A stretch of 37,749 nt of DNA from Betaproteobacteria bacterium (GCA_029858545.1 JAOUFA010000002.1:1-37749), one strand, 5' to 3'. Shown: positions 1-8,979, numbered from the stretch's first letter. Numbers and translations: made by a program. Notes: a model not told the origin generated them from the sequence alone.

Positions 1-910
1 ACTCGCGTGCGCGGTAGCGCTCGGGCACCCCGCCGACCCAGAAATTGGCGTGATCGGTGGCCCCGGGCACCACCACCTGCGGAAGCCCCATCGCACCCGG
101 CCCGGTCAGGCGCCCGTCGCCGGCACTGTACACGCCGCCGACGACCAGATCGGTGAGTTCATGAGTGGTGATATCGATGACACCCGCCAGTTCGCCCTCG
201 CGCGCAAGCCGCTCGAGCGCGCGGCCGCCGATACCCGAAGCGTGGAACAGGATCACCTCATAGCCGTGCTCCTCCAGCCGCTTAGCGACACGGTCCACGC
301 AGCCCGCGGTTCCGCCAAATGACGAGACGGCGACGAGCGGCGCGCCCGCTTGCGTGCTCGCGACCTTGCCCGCCCGGTTCGTCGCTGCCGCGGCGACGGC
401 AACCGCCGCATTCTCCATCACCGCCCGGGTGATGCGATTGAGCGACACGTCGCCGATCGACGGATACATCGCGATGTCCGCCTCGGCCACGTACCATTGG
501 ACCGCGCCGCTCGCCGCCACCGCGCTCACCATTGCCTTCGGCACGAGATAGGGCAGCGCGCGCATGATCGCGCACGCCAGGTGGGTCCCGTTGGCGCCGC
601 CCAGCCCGACCGCCGCGTCGAGCGCGCCGGCCGCGAACGCGTCGCGCAGGATCCTGCCGCCGCCAGCGATCATGCGCGTCGCCGCCTCGCGGCGATCCAT
701 GCCCGCGAGTTGCGCCCATTCGACTCCGTCGGCGCGCGCCAAGACAGCCCCCGGAACATCCGCTCCGGCACTTTGGTGCGGCTTCAGTGAAAGATCGATC
801 ACCCACGGGCGTACGCCTGCGCGCGCGAGACAGCCGGCGACGAACAGCGCTTCCGCAGCCTTGGTGTCCAGGGTCGCGAGAACCGCAACGGTCGGTTGGG
901 GCTCGCTCAT
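1..910 (-). CDS. UPF0261 (Tm-1-like) family protein, 3' end outside window
   Basis: Absent from the ORF track because it runs off the left edge. My translation from the ATG at 908-910 reads MSEPQPTVAVLATLDTKAAEALFVAGCLARAGVRPWVIDLSLKPHQSAGADVPGAV..., with no stop seen in the part I translated. The N-terminal ATLDTK..E motif matches UPF0261. ATGA overlap (907-910) with the stop of the upstream OYE gene. Confidence 0.6.
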   Translation of the reverse strand, partial: MSEPQPTVAVLATLDTKAAEALFVAGCLARAGVRPWVIDLSLKPHQSAGADVPGAVLARADGVEWAQLAGMDRREAATRMIAGGGRILRDAFAAGALDAAVGLGGANGTHLACAIMRALPYLVPKAMVSAVAASGAVQWYVAEADIAMYPSIGDVSLNRITRAVMENAAVAVAAAATNRAGKVASTQAGAPLVAVSSFGGTAGCVDRVAKRLEEHGYEVILFHASGIGGRALERLAREGELAGVIDITTHELTDLVVGGVYSAGDGRLTGPGAMGLPQVVVPGATDHANFWVGGVPERYRARE

Positions 911-2340
911 CGATTCAGGTAACTCGGTGCCGGCACGTCGACTCCCACCGTCGCGCTACGCGGACCCGGCCTGCCCGATGCGGCGCACGGGCGCACATGG
1001 TATGTGTAGCGGTGTCCACCGAGCACGGCGTTGTCCACCCAGAAGGCGACCTTCACCGCATCGATGAGTTCGGCGTGGCCACGCGCTTCGGCGCGGTAGA
1101 CCTCGTAGTGAGACGCGCCGGCAGCCTTGGGCCACTTCAGTTCCACGCGCGATTCCCGGGCGATGGCCGTCAGGCCCGCCGCCGAAGGCGTCCACTGAGG
1201 CACCTGGATCGCCGGGTTGTCGGCGGGCGCCTGGATGGTTCCCTGGGGCCACAGCGCGCAAATCACCGTCCTGTGCGTACCGTCGAGCGCCTTGCACACG
1301 TTGCAGTAATCGCATTGCACGATCCGCTCGAGTTCGCCGCGCCTGACCTTGTTGGGCCAGTCGGGATCGGCGAGCAGACCGCGCGCGATGCCGACGAGGT
1401 CCGCCTTTCCCTCGGCGAGCAAACGTTCGGCGTCGTGCGGATCGGAGAGCTTGCCCGCGACCCCGACGGGAATTCGATGACCATTCTCGATCAAGTGCCG
1501 CTTCACTTCGGCCGCCAGGTCGGCGTGCAGCGCGCGCGGCAGCCAGTCGCCGGGCATACAGCGGTCACCCGAGTAGCCGTTGTACGGATAGAGCACCTGC
1601 CCGGGCGTGTGCACGGCATCCTCGAATTTCCCGCCGGCCGAGAGCGACAGATAGGCCGCGCCCAACTCGGCGAGCCGCAACGCGATGCGCTTCGAATCGA
1701 CCACCGTGTAGCCGTTCTTGATGAATTCCTCGACGTTGAAACGGATCCCGACCGGGAAATCGGCGCCGGCCTTGCGGCGCACACTCTCCATGACTCGCCC
1801 GATCAGCCGCAGCCTTCCCTCGAGGGTCTGCCCGCCGTATTCGTCGGTACGCGGGTTGGCGCGCGACAGGAACGAGGACAGCGTGTAGGCATGCGCCGAA
1901 TGCAGTTCGGCACCGTCGAAACCCGCTTCGCGGGCCCGCCGGACCGCATCGCCGAACTGCTCGACGATCTGATCGATCTCCGCGACCGACAGCATGTCGG
2001 CCGTCTGACGCCAGCCGGACCGAGCGACTTTCAGGAAGTGGATGATCTGCGGAACGAGTTTGGAGTCGGAGGCGTCATGCACCTTCCTGGCGAGCTCGCG
2101 CAGACCCGGAACATACCGGTCGTCGCTGATGCGCAGCAGCGGTCCGGATTTGACCTGATGGACCGCCATCGCCTCGACGATGATCAGCCCCGCACCCCCC
2201 GAGGCGTAGCGCACATAGCGCTCGACGGTGTCCTGCGTGACCACGCCGTCCTCCTTGCACAGGTGCGTCACCATCGCGGGGACCATGACCCGATTCGGGA
2301 CGAGCATGCTGCCGATGTTCAACGGCTCGAAAAGCTTCAA
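907..2340 (-). CDS. Old-yellow-enzyme / FadH-type NADH:flavin oxidoreductase with Cys4 motif and C-terminal fibronectin-III-like domain
   Basis: ORF 907..2403. KLFEPLNIGSMLVPNRVMVPAMV, HSAHAYTLSSFLS and NPRTDEYGG are OYE TIM-barrel motifs. QCDYCNVCKALDGTHRTVIC is C-x2-C-x2-C-x11-C. The tail VELKWPKAAGASHYEVYRAE...GHRYTYHVRP looks Fn3-like. Preferred start is TTG 2340, 6 nt after AGGAGA (2347-2352); an upstream start at 2403 is possible. Confidence 0.8.
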   Translation of the reverse strand: MKLFEPLNIGSMLVPNRVMVPAMVTHLCKEDGVVTQDTVERYVRYASGGAGLIIVEAMAVHQVKSGPLLRISDDRYVPGLRELARKVHDASDSKLVPQIIHFLKVARSGWRQTADMLSVAEIDQIVEQFGDAVRRAREAGFDGAELHSAHAYTLSSFLSRANPRTDEYGGQTLEGRLRLIGRVMESVRRKAGADFPVGIRFNVEEFIKNGYTVVDSKRIALRLAELGAAYLSLSAGGKFEDAVHTPGQVLYPYNGYSGDRCMPGDWLPRALHADLAAEVKRHLIENGHRIPVGVAGKLSDPHDAERLLAEGKADLVGIARGLLADPDWPNKVRRGELERIVQCDYCNVCKALDGTHRTVICALWPQGTIQAPADNPAIQVPQWTPSAAGLTAIARESRVELKWPKAAGASHYEVYRAEARGHAELIDAVKVAFWVDNAVLGGHRYTYHVRPCAASGRPGPRSATVGVDVPAPSYLNR

Positions 2341-2587
2341 GGCGAGTCTCCTGGAACCGACGCGAATTCGAACGGGTTCCGCCAGGCTGCGGCCGGCGAC
2401 CACAACGGGTCAGCATGACGAACACGGTTCAATTTAATCGGGGGTTCCGGTTCGCGCGTTTGATTTGTATCACGTTTCGCGCCGACGACCCGTTGTTACC
2501 GCCAGTCTGCGCAGCGAAGCGGCAGGTCGCGTGCGACGCGACCTTTCGGCAGCCTTTCGCAGTACCTGCGCCACAGCCTGGACTTTG

Positions 2588-2601
2588 TTGATATATCTCA
2601 A
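2588..2601. promoter_or_regulatory. Candidate Crp/Fnr-family binding site TTGAT-ATAT-CTCAA
   Basis: TTGATATATCTCAA matches 9 of the 10 specified positions of the FNR consensus TTGAT-N4-ATCAA. It lies in the AT-richer divergent intergenic region, centred about 77 nt upstream of the ATG at 2672. Confidence 0.3.
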
Positions 2602-2671
2602 GTATCGCAGCGGTCTCCTTAGGCAGATTGGCCGAGTACGCGCGTATTTCCCAGCGCGGATTAACCAAGGG

Positions 2672-4654
2672 ATGACCCCGATGAGCCAGCGCCCCGGCGA
2701 GCGAAAGCTTGCGCACCTGTTCAAGCCCGCACGCCTGGGCCGCTACACCGCACCCAACTCGATCAAGTACGGCGCCTGCTGCGTATCGAACTACAACACG
2801 CGCGACGGCTACATCACGCCGCGCGAACTGGCGCGCACACGCGTGATCGCCGGCACCGGTTGCGGTCTCATCACCAACCAGGGCGCCTACCCCGACGCAA
2901 AGGGCGAGGGCAAGTCCTACTTTCGCCAGATCGCCCTGTTCGACGACAAGTTCCTGCCTCAGTTCGAGACCATCGCCGGCTATATCCACGATGCGGGCGC
3001 CATCGCGATTCAGCAGATCCTGCATGCCGGCCGCTATGGCGGCATCGACCTCGGCTACTGCGTGCAACCATCGGTCGTGCCGCAGACGCTGCCGCACTTC
3101 CGCCCGCCGCGCGAGATGTCGAAGGACGACATCCGGTGCTGCGTTGCCGAACACGTCGACGCGGCCAGGCGCGCGATCCGCGCCGGCTTCGACGGCGTTG
3201 AAGTCACGAGTTTCATGGGCTACCTGCTCGCCTCCTTCAATTCCAAGTTCACCAATCAGCGCAGCGACGAATACGGCGGCTCGGTCGAGAATCGCGGACG
3301 CTTCATGCGCGAACTGATCGACGGTATCAAACAGGCGCTGCCCGAGCATCCGCTGGTGGTGCGCCTGAACGGAGCCGAGTTGATGGACCAGTGGGGAGGC
3401 AATTCCGAGGACGAGTGTTTCGAACTGATGAAACAGGCCGCCGACGCCGGCGTCGACATGATCAGCGTGACGGTCGGCTGGCAGGAGGCACCCGAGTCCT
3501 CGATCGGCCGCGACGTGGCGCCGGGACACTGGAACCACCTCGCCGCGCGCGCGAAGCGAACCTGTCCGAATATCCCGATCGCCTTCGGCAACCGACTGCC
3601 CGGTCCGGTGATGGCCAACGATTGCCTCGCGCGCGGCGAGTTCGATTTCTGGGAAGTGTGCCGGCCGCTGCTCGCCGATCCGGAACTCGTTCACAAGGCC
3701 GCCGAAGACCGGCTCGACGAAGTCAGGCGCTGCATCGGCTCGCTCAATTGCCTGTCGCGCCTGTTCCGCGACCTGCCGTATACCTGCACCATGAACCCGA
3801 CGCTCGGCCACGAGATCGAACCCGAATACGCGATCCGCCCGGCCGCGGTGAAGAAGAACATCATGGTGATCGGTGCCGGTCCGGCGGGCATGGAATACGC
3901 GATCACCGCCGCGCGGCGCGGTCACACGGTGACCGTCTACGAAAAGGGCGATCGCATCGGCGGCAGCCTGCTCGGCTACGCGGCACGCGATCTGGCGCGG
4001 CCGGACGATCTGCAAAGCGTGATTCGCCACTACGAGGTCATGTCGAAGAAACTCGGCATCGAAATGAAGTTCAATACCGAGGCCAACGCGAAGTTCATGC
4101 GCTCGGTGCTGCATCGCTACGACGCGTGCGTGGTCGCCGCGGGCGCGCGCATCGATCTGCAGGCCTATGCGCACATCGAGGGCCACGAGCGGCTGGTCGA
4201 CGCGCTCGAGGTGGCGGCGGGAAGGCTGACGCCGGGACGGCGCGTGGTGGTGATCGGCGGCGGCAAGATCGGCCTGGTGGTTGCCGAGTCGCTGAGCAAG
4301 GACGGCGCCCAAGTAACGATCGTCGAGTCGGACAAGCGCATCGGCGGCGACGTGATGCCGACGTTCAAGTGGCGCCACACCACCTGGGTCGAGGAACTGG
4401 GGATCCGTGTGCTCACTTCGAGCCGGCTCGCCCGCATCACCGCCGACGGCGCGGTGGTAGTCGACGCGAAGGGAGTCGAGACGACGATCGCCGCGGACAC
4501 CGTGATCGCCGCAGCGCCGCGCAAGTCGAACCAGGAACTGCTCACCGACTTCGAATGGATGGTCGACGAATTGCACGGCTGCGGCGACGCGCTGATGCCG
4601 CGAGGCATGGATGCGGCGATCCACGAGGGTTATCGGCTCGGGGCACGCGTATGA
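2672..4654 (+). CDS. 2,4-dienoyl-CoA reductase-like flavoprotein (OYE N-domain plus FAD/NAD(P)-binding C-domain)
   Basis: ORF 2465..4654. The first plausible start is ATG 2672 (or 2681), after AAGGG. QILHAGRYG and NQRSDEYGGSVENRGRF are OYE motifs. IMVIGAGPAGMEYA and VVVIGGGKIGLVVAE are two Rossmann GxGxxG motifs. The Fe-S motif is degenerate: CIGSLNC...C. Confidence 0.85.
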   Translation: MTPMSQRPGERKLAHLFKPARLGRYTAPNSIKYGACCVSNYNTRDGYITPRELARTRVIAGTGCGLITNQGAYPDAKGEGKSYFRQIALFDDKFLPQFETIAGYIHDAGAIAIQQILHAGRYGGIDLGYCVQPSVVPQTLPHFRPPREMSKDDIRCCVAEHVDAARRAIRAGFDGVEVTSFMGYLLASFNSKFTNQRSDEYGGSVENRGRFMRELIDGIKQALPEHPLVVRLNGAELMDQWGGNSEDECFELMKQAADAGVDMISVTVGWQEAPESSIGRDVAPGHWNHLAARAKRTCPNIPIAFGNRLPGPVMANDCLARGEFDFWEVCRPLLADPELVHKAAEDRLDEVRRCIGSLNCLSRLFRDLPYTCTMNPTLGHEIEPEYAIRPAAVKKNIMVIGAGPAGMEYAITAARRGHTVTVYEKGDRIGGSLLGYAARDLARPDDLQSVIRHYEVMSKKLGIEMKFNTEANAKFMRSVLHRYDACVVAAGARIDLQAYAHIEGHERLVDALEVAAGRLTPGRRVVVIGGGKIGLVVAESLSKDGAQVTIVESDKRIGGDVMPTFKWRHTTWVEELGIRVLTSSRLARITADGAVVVDAKGVETTIAADTVIAAAPRKSNQELLTDFEWMVDELHGCGDALMPRGMDAAIHEGYRLGARV

Positions 4655-5106
4655 CGGTCTGTGCGACGGCGAGTCCCCAGTCGGCGGCCTGGCAATCGGT
4701 GCTCGACCGCCACACCGACTTGTTTTCCGACACCGCACAGGGTGCGAGCGTCGCGCTGCTGCCGCGCTTCGTGCGCGGCGCCGATGGCCGGCAACGGAGC
4801 ACCGTGATGCCGGTGAGCGATGGCGTGCCGATGCTCCTCTGGTTGCGCGAACCCGGCGCGATGTACGCACGCGATGCCGAGTTTCGCGGCCTGAAGGGGC
4901 TCGTTTCGGACCTCCTGCTGATCGCCGGCGACGGCACGCTCGATGCCGCGCTCCGCCACGAACATCCGTTCGGCGAGTTGAAGCGCCAGCTGCGCAGCGG
5001 TCAAATGCTGTTCATGGTGATGCGCACGCGCGACGAGCTGCGTGAGCGCGGCTGGAGCGATTTCATCGAGTCGCTCGGGCTGCCGTTTCTCGGCACCTGT
5101 CGATGA
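4651..5106 (+). CDS. Hypothetical protein (151 aa), translationally coupled to the upstream flavoprotein
   Basis: Tail of track ORF 3391..5106. The ATG at 4651 overlaps the upstream TGA (ATGA). The sequence MTVCATASPQSAAWQSVLDRH...MLFMVMRTRDELRERGWSDFIESLGLPFLGTCR looks protein-like. I do not recognise a family. Confidence 0.5.
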   Translation: MTVCATASPQSAAWQSVLDRHTDLFSDTAQGASVALLPRFVRGADGRQRSTVMPVSDGVPMLLWLREPGAMYARDAEFRGLKGLVSDLLLIAGDGTLDAALRHEHPFGELKRQLRSGQMLFMVMRTRDELRERGWSDFIESLGLPFLGTCR

Positions 5107-5121
5107 TGCCGGGGTAAGACT

Positions 5122-5313
5122 TTGGTCTTTGTAAATCCTGCCGGAGCGCCCGAACTGGCCTGCGACGAATGCGGTTGCCGCTGGTTCGACCGCATGACGA
5201 ACTGCTGCTACGAATGCGGCGCGGCGGTCGGCGCCGAGGCGCTCGCCGAGTATCAACGCGCGCTCCAGGCCTTCGCGATGGCCGGACAAGTGCCTGGTAT
5301 GCCGCAGTCCTGA
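5122..5313 (+). CDS. Small zinc-ribbon-like protein (63 aa)
   Basis: ORF 5122..5313 with a TTG start. Two CxxC pairs (CDEC ... CYEC) are spaced as in a Zn ribbon. Third codon positions are mostly G/C. Confidence 0.45.
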   Translation: MVFVNPAGAPELACDECGCRWFDRMTNCCYECGAAVGAEALAEYQRALQAFAMAGQVPGMPQS

Positions 5314-5449
5314 GTGGTGATCGGCGGCGACTGCGCGGTCGGATGCTCGCGCGGCGGAAAAGTGGTATACCCTCGCGGGCCGGCATTCCGGATCGAACCC
5401 GGCAACACCGACGTTGCGACGGCATCGACGAAGAGGACGGAGGCCAATC

Positions 5450-6433
5450 ATGCAGCAGCGCAGGCTTGGGGCCGCGGGCCCGCTCGTCTCGGCGATCGGT
5501 CTCGGCGCCGGCAGCACGACCACCGATTTCGGCGCGCGCGACGATGAAGTGCAGATCGCGACGATGCGACGCGCGATCGATCTGGGCGTCAATTTTTTCG
5601 ACACCGCGGACCGCTATCTGAAGGGCCGGCACGAGCGACTGCTTGGCCGTGCGATCGCAGGACGGCGCGACGAAGTGGTGCTCGCCTCGAAGTTCGGCAA
5701 CATCGACCGGCCCGACGGCAGCAAGGCCTATAACGGACGCCCCGAGTACGTGCGCAGCGCCTGCGACGCGAGTCTGAAACAGCTCGGCGTCGAAGTCATC
5801 GATCTCTATTACCTGCATCGCATCGACCCGGAGGTCGCGATCGAGGAGACCGTGGGCGCGATGGCCGAATTGGTGCAAGCCGGCAAGGTCCGCTGGCTGG
5901 GCCTCTCCGAAGCGGGCGTCAACTCGCTGCGGCGAGCGTGCACGGTGCACCCGATCACCGCGCTGCAGACCGAATATTCCCTCTGGGCGCGCGATATCGA
6001 AGCCGAGATTCTCCCGGCCTGCCGCGAACTCGGCATCGGCTTCGTTTCCTACGCGCCCCTCGGGCGCGGCTTGCTTGCCGGCACGGTACGCCGCCTCGAG
6101 GACATCGCGCCCCATGACCTGCGGCGCAAGCAACCGCGTTTCCAGCCGGGCAACCTCGAGCGCAATCTCGAATTGCTCAAGCCGCTCGAATCTCTTGCGC
6201 GATCGCGCGGGGTAAGCATCGCGCAGATCGCCCTCGCCTGGCTGCTCGCACGCGGCGAGGACATCATCCCCATTCCCGGAACCAAGCAGGAGCGCTATCT
6301 CGAGCAAAACGCCGCCGCGGTCGATCTGCTCCTGGAGACGCGCGAGATCGCCTTGCTCGAAGACAGTTTTCGCCCGGGCGCGCGCGCGGGCGATCGTTAC
6401 GCGCCGGGCTATTTCACCACCCTGGGAGCCTGA
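5450..6433 (+). CDS. Aldo/keto reductase
   Basis: ORF 5414..6433. ATG 5450 is preceded by GAGGACGGAGG. MQQRRLGAAGPLVSAIGLG, NFFDTADRY, IDLYYLHRID and PIPGTKQERYLEQN are AKR motifs. Confidence 0.9.
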   Translation: MQQRRLGAAGPLVSAIGLGAGSTTTDFGARDDEVQIATMRRAIDLGVNFFDTADRYLKGRHERLLGRAIAGRRDEVVLASKFGNIDRPDGSKAYNGRPEYVRSACDASLKQLGVEVIDLYYLHRIDPEVAIEETVGAMAELVQAGKVRWLGLSEAGVNSLRRACTVHPITALQTEYSLWARDIEAEILPACRELGIGFVSYAPLGRGLLAGTVRRLEDIAPHDLRRKQPRFQPGNLERNLELLKPLESLARSRGVSIAQIALAWLLARGEDIIPIPGTKQERYLEQNAAAVDLLLETREIALLEDSFRPGARAGDRYAPGYFTTLGA

Positions 6434-6435
6434 AC

Positions 6436-7527
6436 ATGCCGCTCGTTGCCGAGCCCAAGCCCCATCGCGATCCGAGAATCGACTCGGCGATCGCACACTG
6501 GGCACCGCGCTTTGTCGCGAACGGCGTGCCGCTCACCGATTTCCAGGACGTGACCGCGAAGCTGCAGCGCTGGGACGAATGGTGCAGTGCCTGGTCCACG
6601 CGCGCCGCGATCCACGAGGAACTCGGCGCGCATGCCTTGGCCGAGGGCTACCGAGCCTCGGCCGGCGGGCATTTCACCCGCGCCGCCGTCTGCTATCACT
6701 TCGGCAAGTTCCTGTTCGTGAACGATCCCGACCAAATGCAAGTCGCGCACCGCAAGGCCGTCGAATGTCGCAATCTCGCCTTGCCGCTGCTCACCCCGCC
6801 GGGCACGCGCGTCGCGATCGCCTACGAGGGAAAGTTTCTCTACGGTAACTTGCGCAAGCCCGCGTGCGCGACGCGGCCGCCGGTCGTCGTGATGTGCATG
6901 GGACTCGACTCGGCAAAGGAGGAGATGGACGATTACGAGGATCGCTTCCTGCGGCGCGGCGTCGCGACATTCGCCTTCGACGGTCCGGGACAGGGCGAGG
7001 GCGAGTACGACTTCGCTCTCTGCCCGGAGTATGAGAAGCCGGTCAAGGCCGTAATCGACGTGCTCGAGGCGCGCGACGATATCGATGCGGCGCGGCTAGG
7101 CATCTGGGGGGTGTCGCTCGGCGGCTATTTCGCGCCGCGCGCCGCGGCATTCGACAAACGCATCAAGGCCTGCGTGGCGCTCTCGGGAGCCTATCGGCGT
7201 TCCGGCCACTTCGACGGTCGTCCGGTCCTCAACGTCGAGGCCTTTCGCGTGCGCTCAAAGAGCGCCGATCTGGTCGAGGCAGGAAAAGTCGCGCAACGCA
7301 TGTCGCTCGCAGGCGTGGCCCGCAACATCACCTGCCCGATCTATCTCGTCGCGGGAACCCAGGACCGGCTGACGCCGCATACCGAGGCCGAAAAACTCGC
7401 CGCCGAAGTGTCCGGTCCTTGCCTGCTCTCGGTGATCGAGGGCGGCAACCACGTCGTCAACAATCTCTGGTATCGCTACCGCGACCAGAGCGCCGACTGG
7501 ATGGCAACGCAACTGGGGGCTGCCTGA
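6436..7527 (+). CDS. Alpha/beta hydrolase, 2,6-dihydroxypseudooxynicotine-hydrolase-like family
   Basis: ORF 6436..7527, starting 2 nt after the AKR stop. Nucleophile elbow GVSLGG. The N-terminal helical region HWAPRFVANG...WDEWCSAW resembles the DHPON hydrolase family. Confidence 0.75.
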   Translation: MPLVAEPKPHRDPRIDSAIAHWAPRFVANGVPLTDFQDVTAKLQRWDEWCSAWSTRAAIHEELGAHALAEGYRASAGGHFTRAAVCYHFGKFLFVNDPDQMQVAHRKAVECRNLALPLLTPPGTRVAIAYEGKFLYGNLRKPACATRPPVVVMCMGLDSAKEEMDDYEDRFLRRGVATFAFDGPGQGEGEYDFALCPEYEKPVKAVIDVLEARDDIDAARLGIWGVSLGGYFAPRAAAFDKRIKACVALSGAYRRSGHFDGRPVLNVEAFRVRSKSADLVEAGKVAQRMSLAGVARNITCPIYLVAGTQDRLTPHTEAEKLAAEVSGPCLLSVIEGGNHVVNNLWYRYRDQSADWMATQLGAA

Positions 7528-7609
7528 CCATCGCCGGGCGACGCGCCGGCCCGGCAACGCGCTCCCGGAACAGGTCACGGCCGCGCGGCCCGCTGCCCTC
7601 CGCGCCGCG

Positions 7610-8734
7610 CTAGGGCCGGTTCAGCACCTGTGCCACGCCGTTCCCGGTCGTGAAGTAAAGCGATGTCCCGCTGACCGTCACATCGACCGGAAAGCCGGTT
7701 CGCCCCGGCAGATCGCCCGGAACGAAGTTCGTCTGCCCGGCGACTCCCGCCACGGTGCTCACGACCCCCGCGCCGGTGATCCTGCGCAGCGTACCGTTAC
7801 GGGTATCGGCGACATAGACATTCCCCGCGCTGTCGACGGCGAGGCCCTGCGGGCTGGAGAAGCGTGCGGCGGCGCCGGCGCCGTCAGCGCTGCCGCTCGC
7901 GAGCGCCATCCCGGCAAGGGTGCTCACGACTCCAGTGCTCGCGATGATCTTGCGAATCGTATGGTTGCCGGTATCGGCCACGTAGACATTGCCCGCGGCA
8001 TCGGTAGCGATTCCTTGCGGACTGGTAAAGCGCGCCGAAGTCCCGACCCCATCGGCGCTGCCGAAGGCGCCCGCCATGCCCGCGAAAGTGCTCACCTCCG
8101 CAGCGCTGGTAATCCGCCGTATCACGTGATTGTAGGTATCCGTGACGTAGAGATTTCCGGCGCCATCGGTCGCGACGGCCTGGGGCCCCGCGAAACGGGC
8201 CGCCGCGCCAATACCGTCGACGGCACCGAAGGAACCCGCGCTCCCGGCGAAGGTGGTCACCACGCCGCCCGAGGCGATCTTGCGGATCGTGTGGTTGGAA
8301 CTGTCGGCCACATAGACGATGCCCGCGCCGTCCACCGCGACCCCGGTCGGATTGAAGAAACGCGCCGCGGCGCCGGTACCGTCGGCGATGCCGAAGACAC
8401 CCGCTGTACCCGCGAGCGTACTCACCGATGCCGGGGATACGATCTTCCGCAGGCTGTGGTTGCCGGTATCGGCGACGAAGATGTTGCCTGCGGAATCGGT
8501 GGTGATGCCGGTCGGGCCGAAGAAGCGCGCCGCGCTGCCGTTTCCGTCCGCACCACCGATGTCACCCATGCTGCCGGCATGGAGCGCGAGCGAAGCGCTC
8601 GGGTTGGCGATGGGCTCGCCGCCGCAGGACGCGAGCAACGCGCCGCAAAGACCTGCCAGGACCGTGCCGCGTGCCACCCCGCCTGATACCGCGTCCATGA
8701 CGACAATCCCCGGGAAGAAAGTATTCGAGTCCAT
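7610..8734 (-). CDS. NHL-repeat (six-bladed beta-propeller) lipoprotein
   Basis: ORF 7610..8827. Five clear copies of G.ADG.G.AARF..P.G.A.D.AGN.YVAD..NH.IRKI plus one degenerate sixth. Lipobox LLAS-C. The start is ambiguous: ATG 8734 or ATG 8698, the latter giving a typical 25-aa signal peptide. TTG 8827 is unlikely. Confidence 0.85.
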   Translation of the reverse strand: MDSNTFFPGIVVMDAVSGGVARGTVLAGLCGALLASCGGEPIANPSASLALHAGSMGDIGGADGNGSAARFFGPTGITTDSAGNIFVADTGNHSLRKIVSPASVSTLAGTAGVFGIADGTGAAARFFNPTGVAVDGAGIVYVADSSNHTIRKIASGGVVTTFAGSAGSFGAVDGIGAAARFAGPQAVATDGAGNLYVTDTYNHVIRRITSAAEVSTFAGMAGAFGSADGVGTSARFTSPQGIATDAAGNVYVADTGNHTIRKIIASTGVVSTLAGMALASGSADGAGAAARFSSPQGLAVDSAGNVYVADTRNGTLRRITGAGVVSTVAGVAGQTNFVPGDLPGRTGFPVDVTVSGTSLYFTTGNGVAQVLNRP

Positions 8735-8829
8735 TATAGAACCCCGCCCCGGGCCGCTCCCGGGTGGAGTGGCCGGGTCGGGCCTGCCCGATCTCCCTGG
8801 CGCAGCCCAGAAACCAGACATCAGCAATT

Positions 8830-8845
8830 TGAATTACCACATTCA
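8830..8845. repeat. Inverted repeat TGAAT-N6-ATTCA in the AT-rich NHL/feoA divergent region (candidate operator)
   Basis: TGAATTACCACATTCA read directly from the sequence. It lies in the only AT-rich stretch upstream of feoA. The binding factor is unknown. Confidence 0.25.
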
Positions 8846-8979
8846 TTTTGCGCATCATAAATTGACCAATTCCTTCAAAACTTGCAAGAAGGGCGCCCGT
8901 TTCGCATCCTGCGGCCCGCACTGCCCCACAATATGAGCATGCGTACCGTTTCGCGTCCTGCTCTGTTCACCGATCCGGC

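Noticed and set aside
2429-4870. Very long ORFs antisense or out of frame to recognised genes: 2429..4870 (813 aa), 787..2418, 14641..16017, 17034..18527, 22412..24340, 29833..32160, 5063..6505, 35251..36711 and others.
   Set aside because: Their translations are Arg/Ala/Gly/Pro-rich low-complexity strings with no motifs, and each overlaps a gene with clear family signatures. Long stop-free antisense frames are expected at this GC content.
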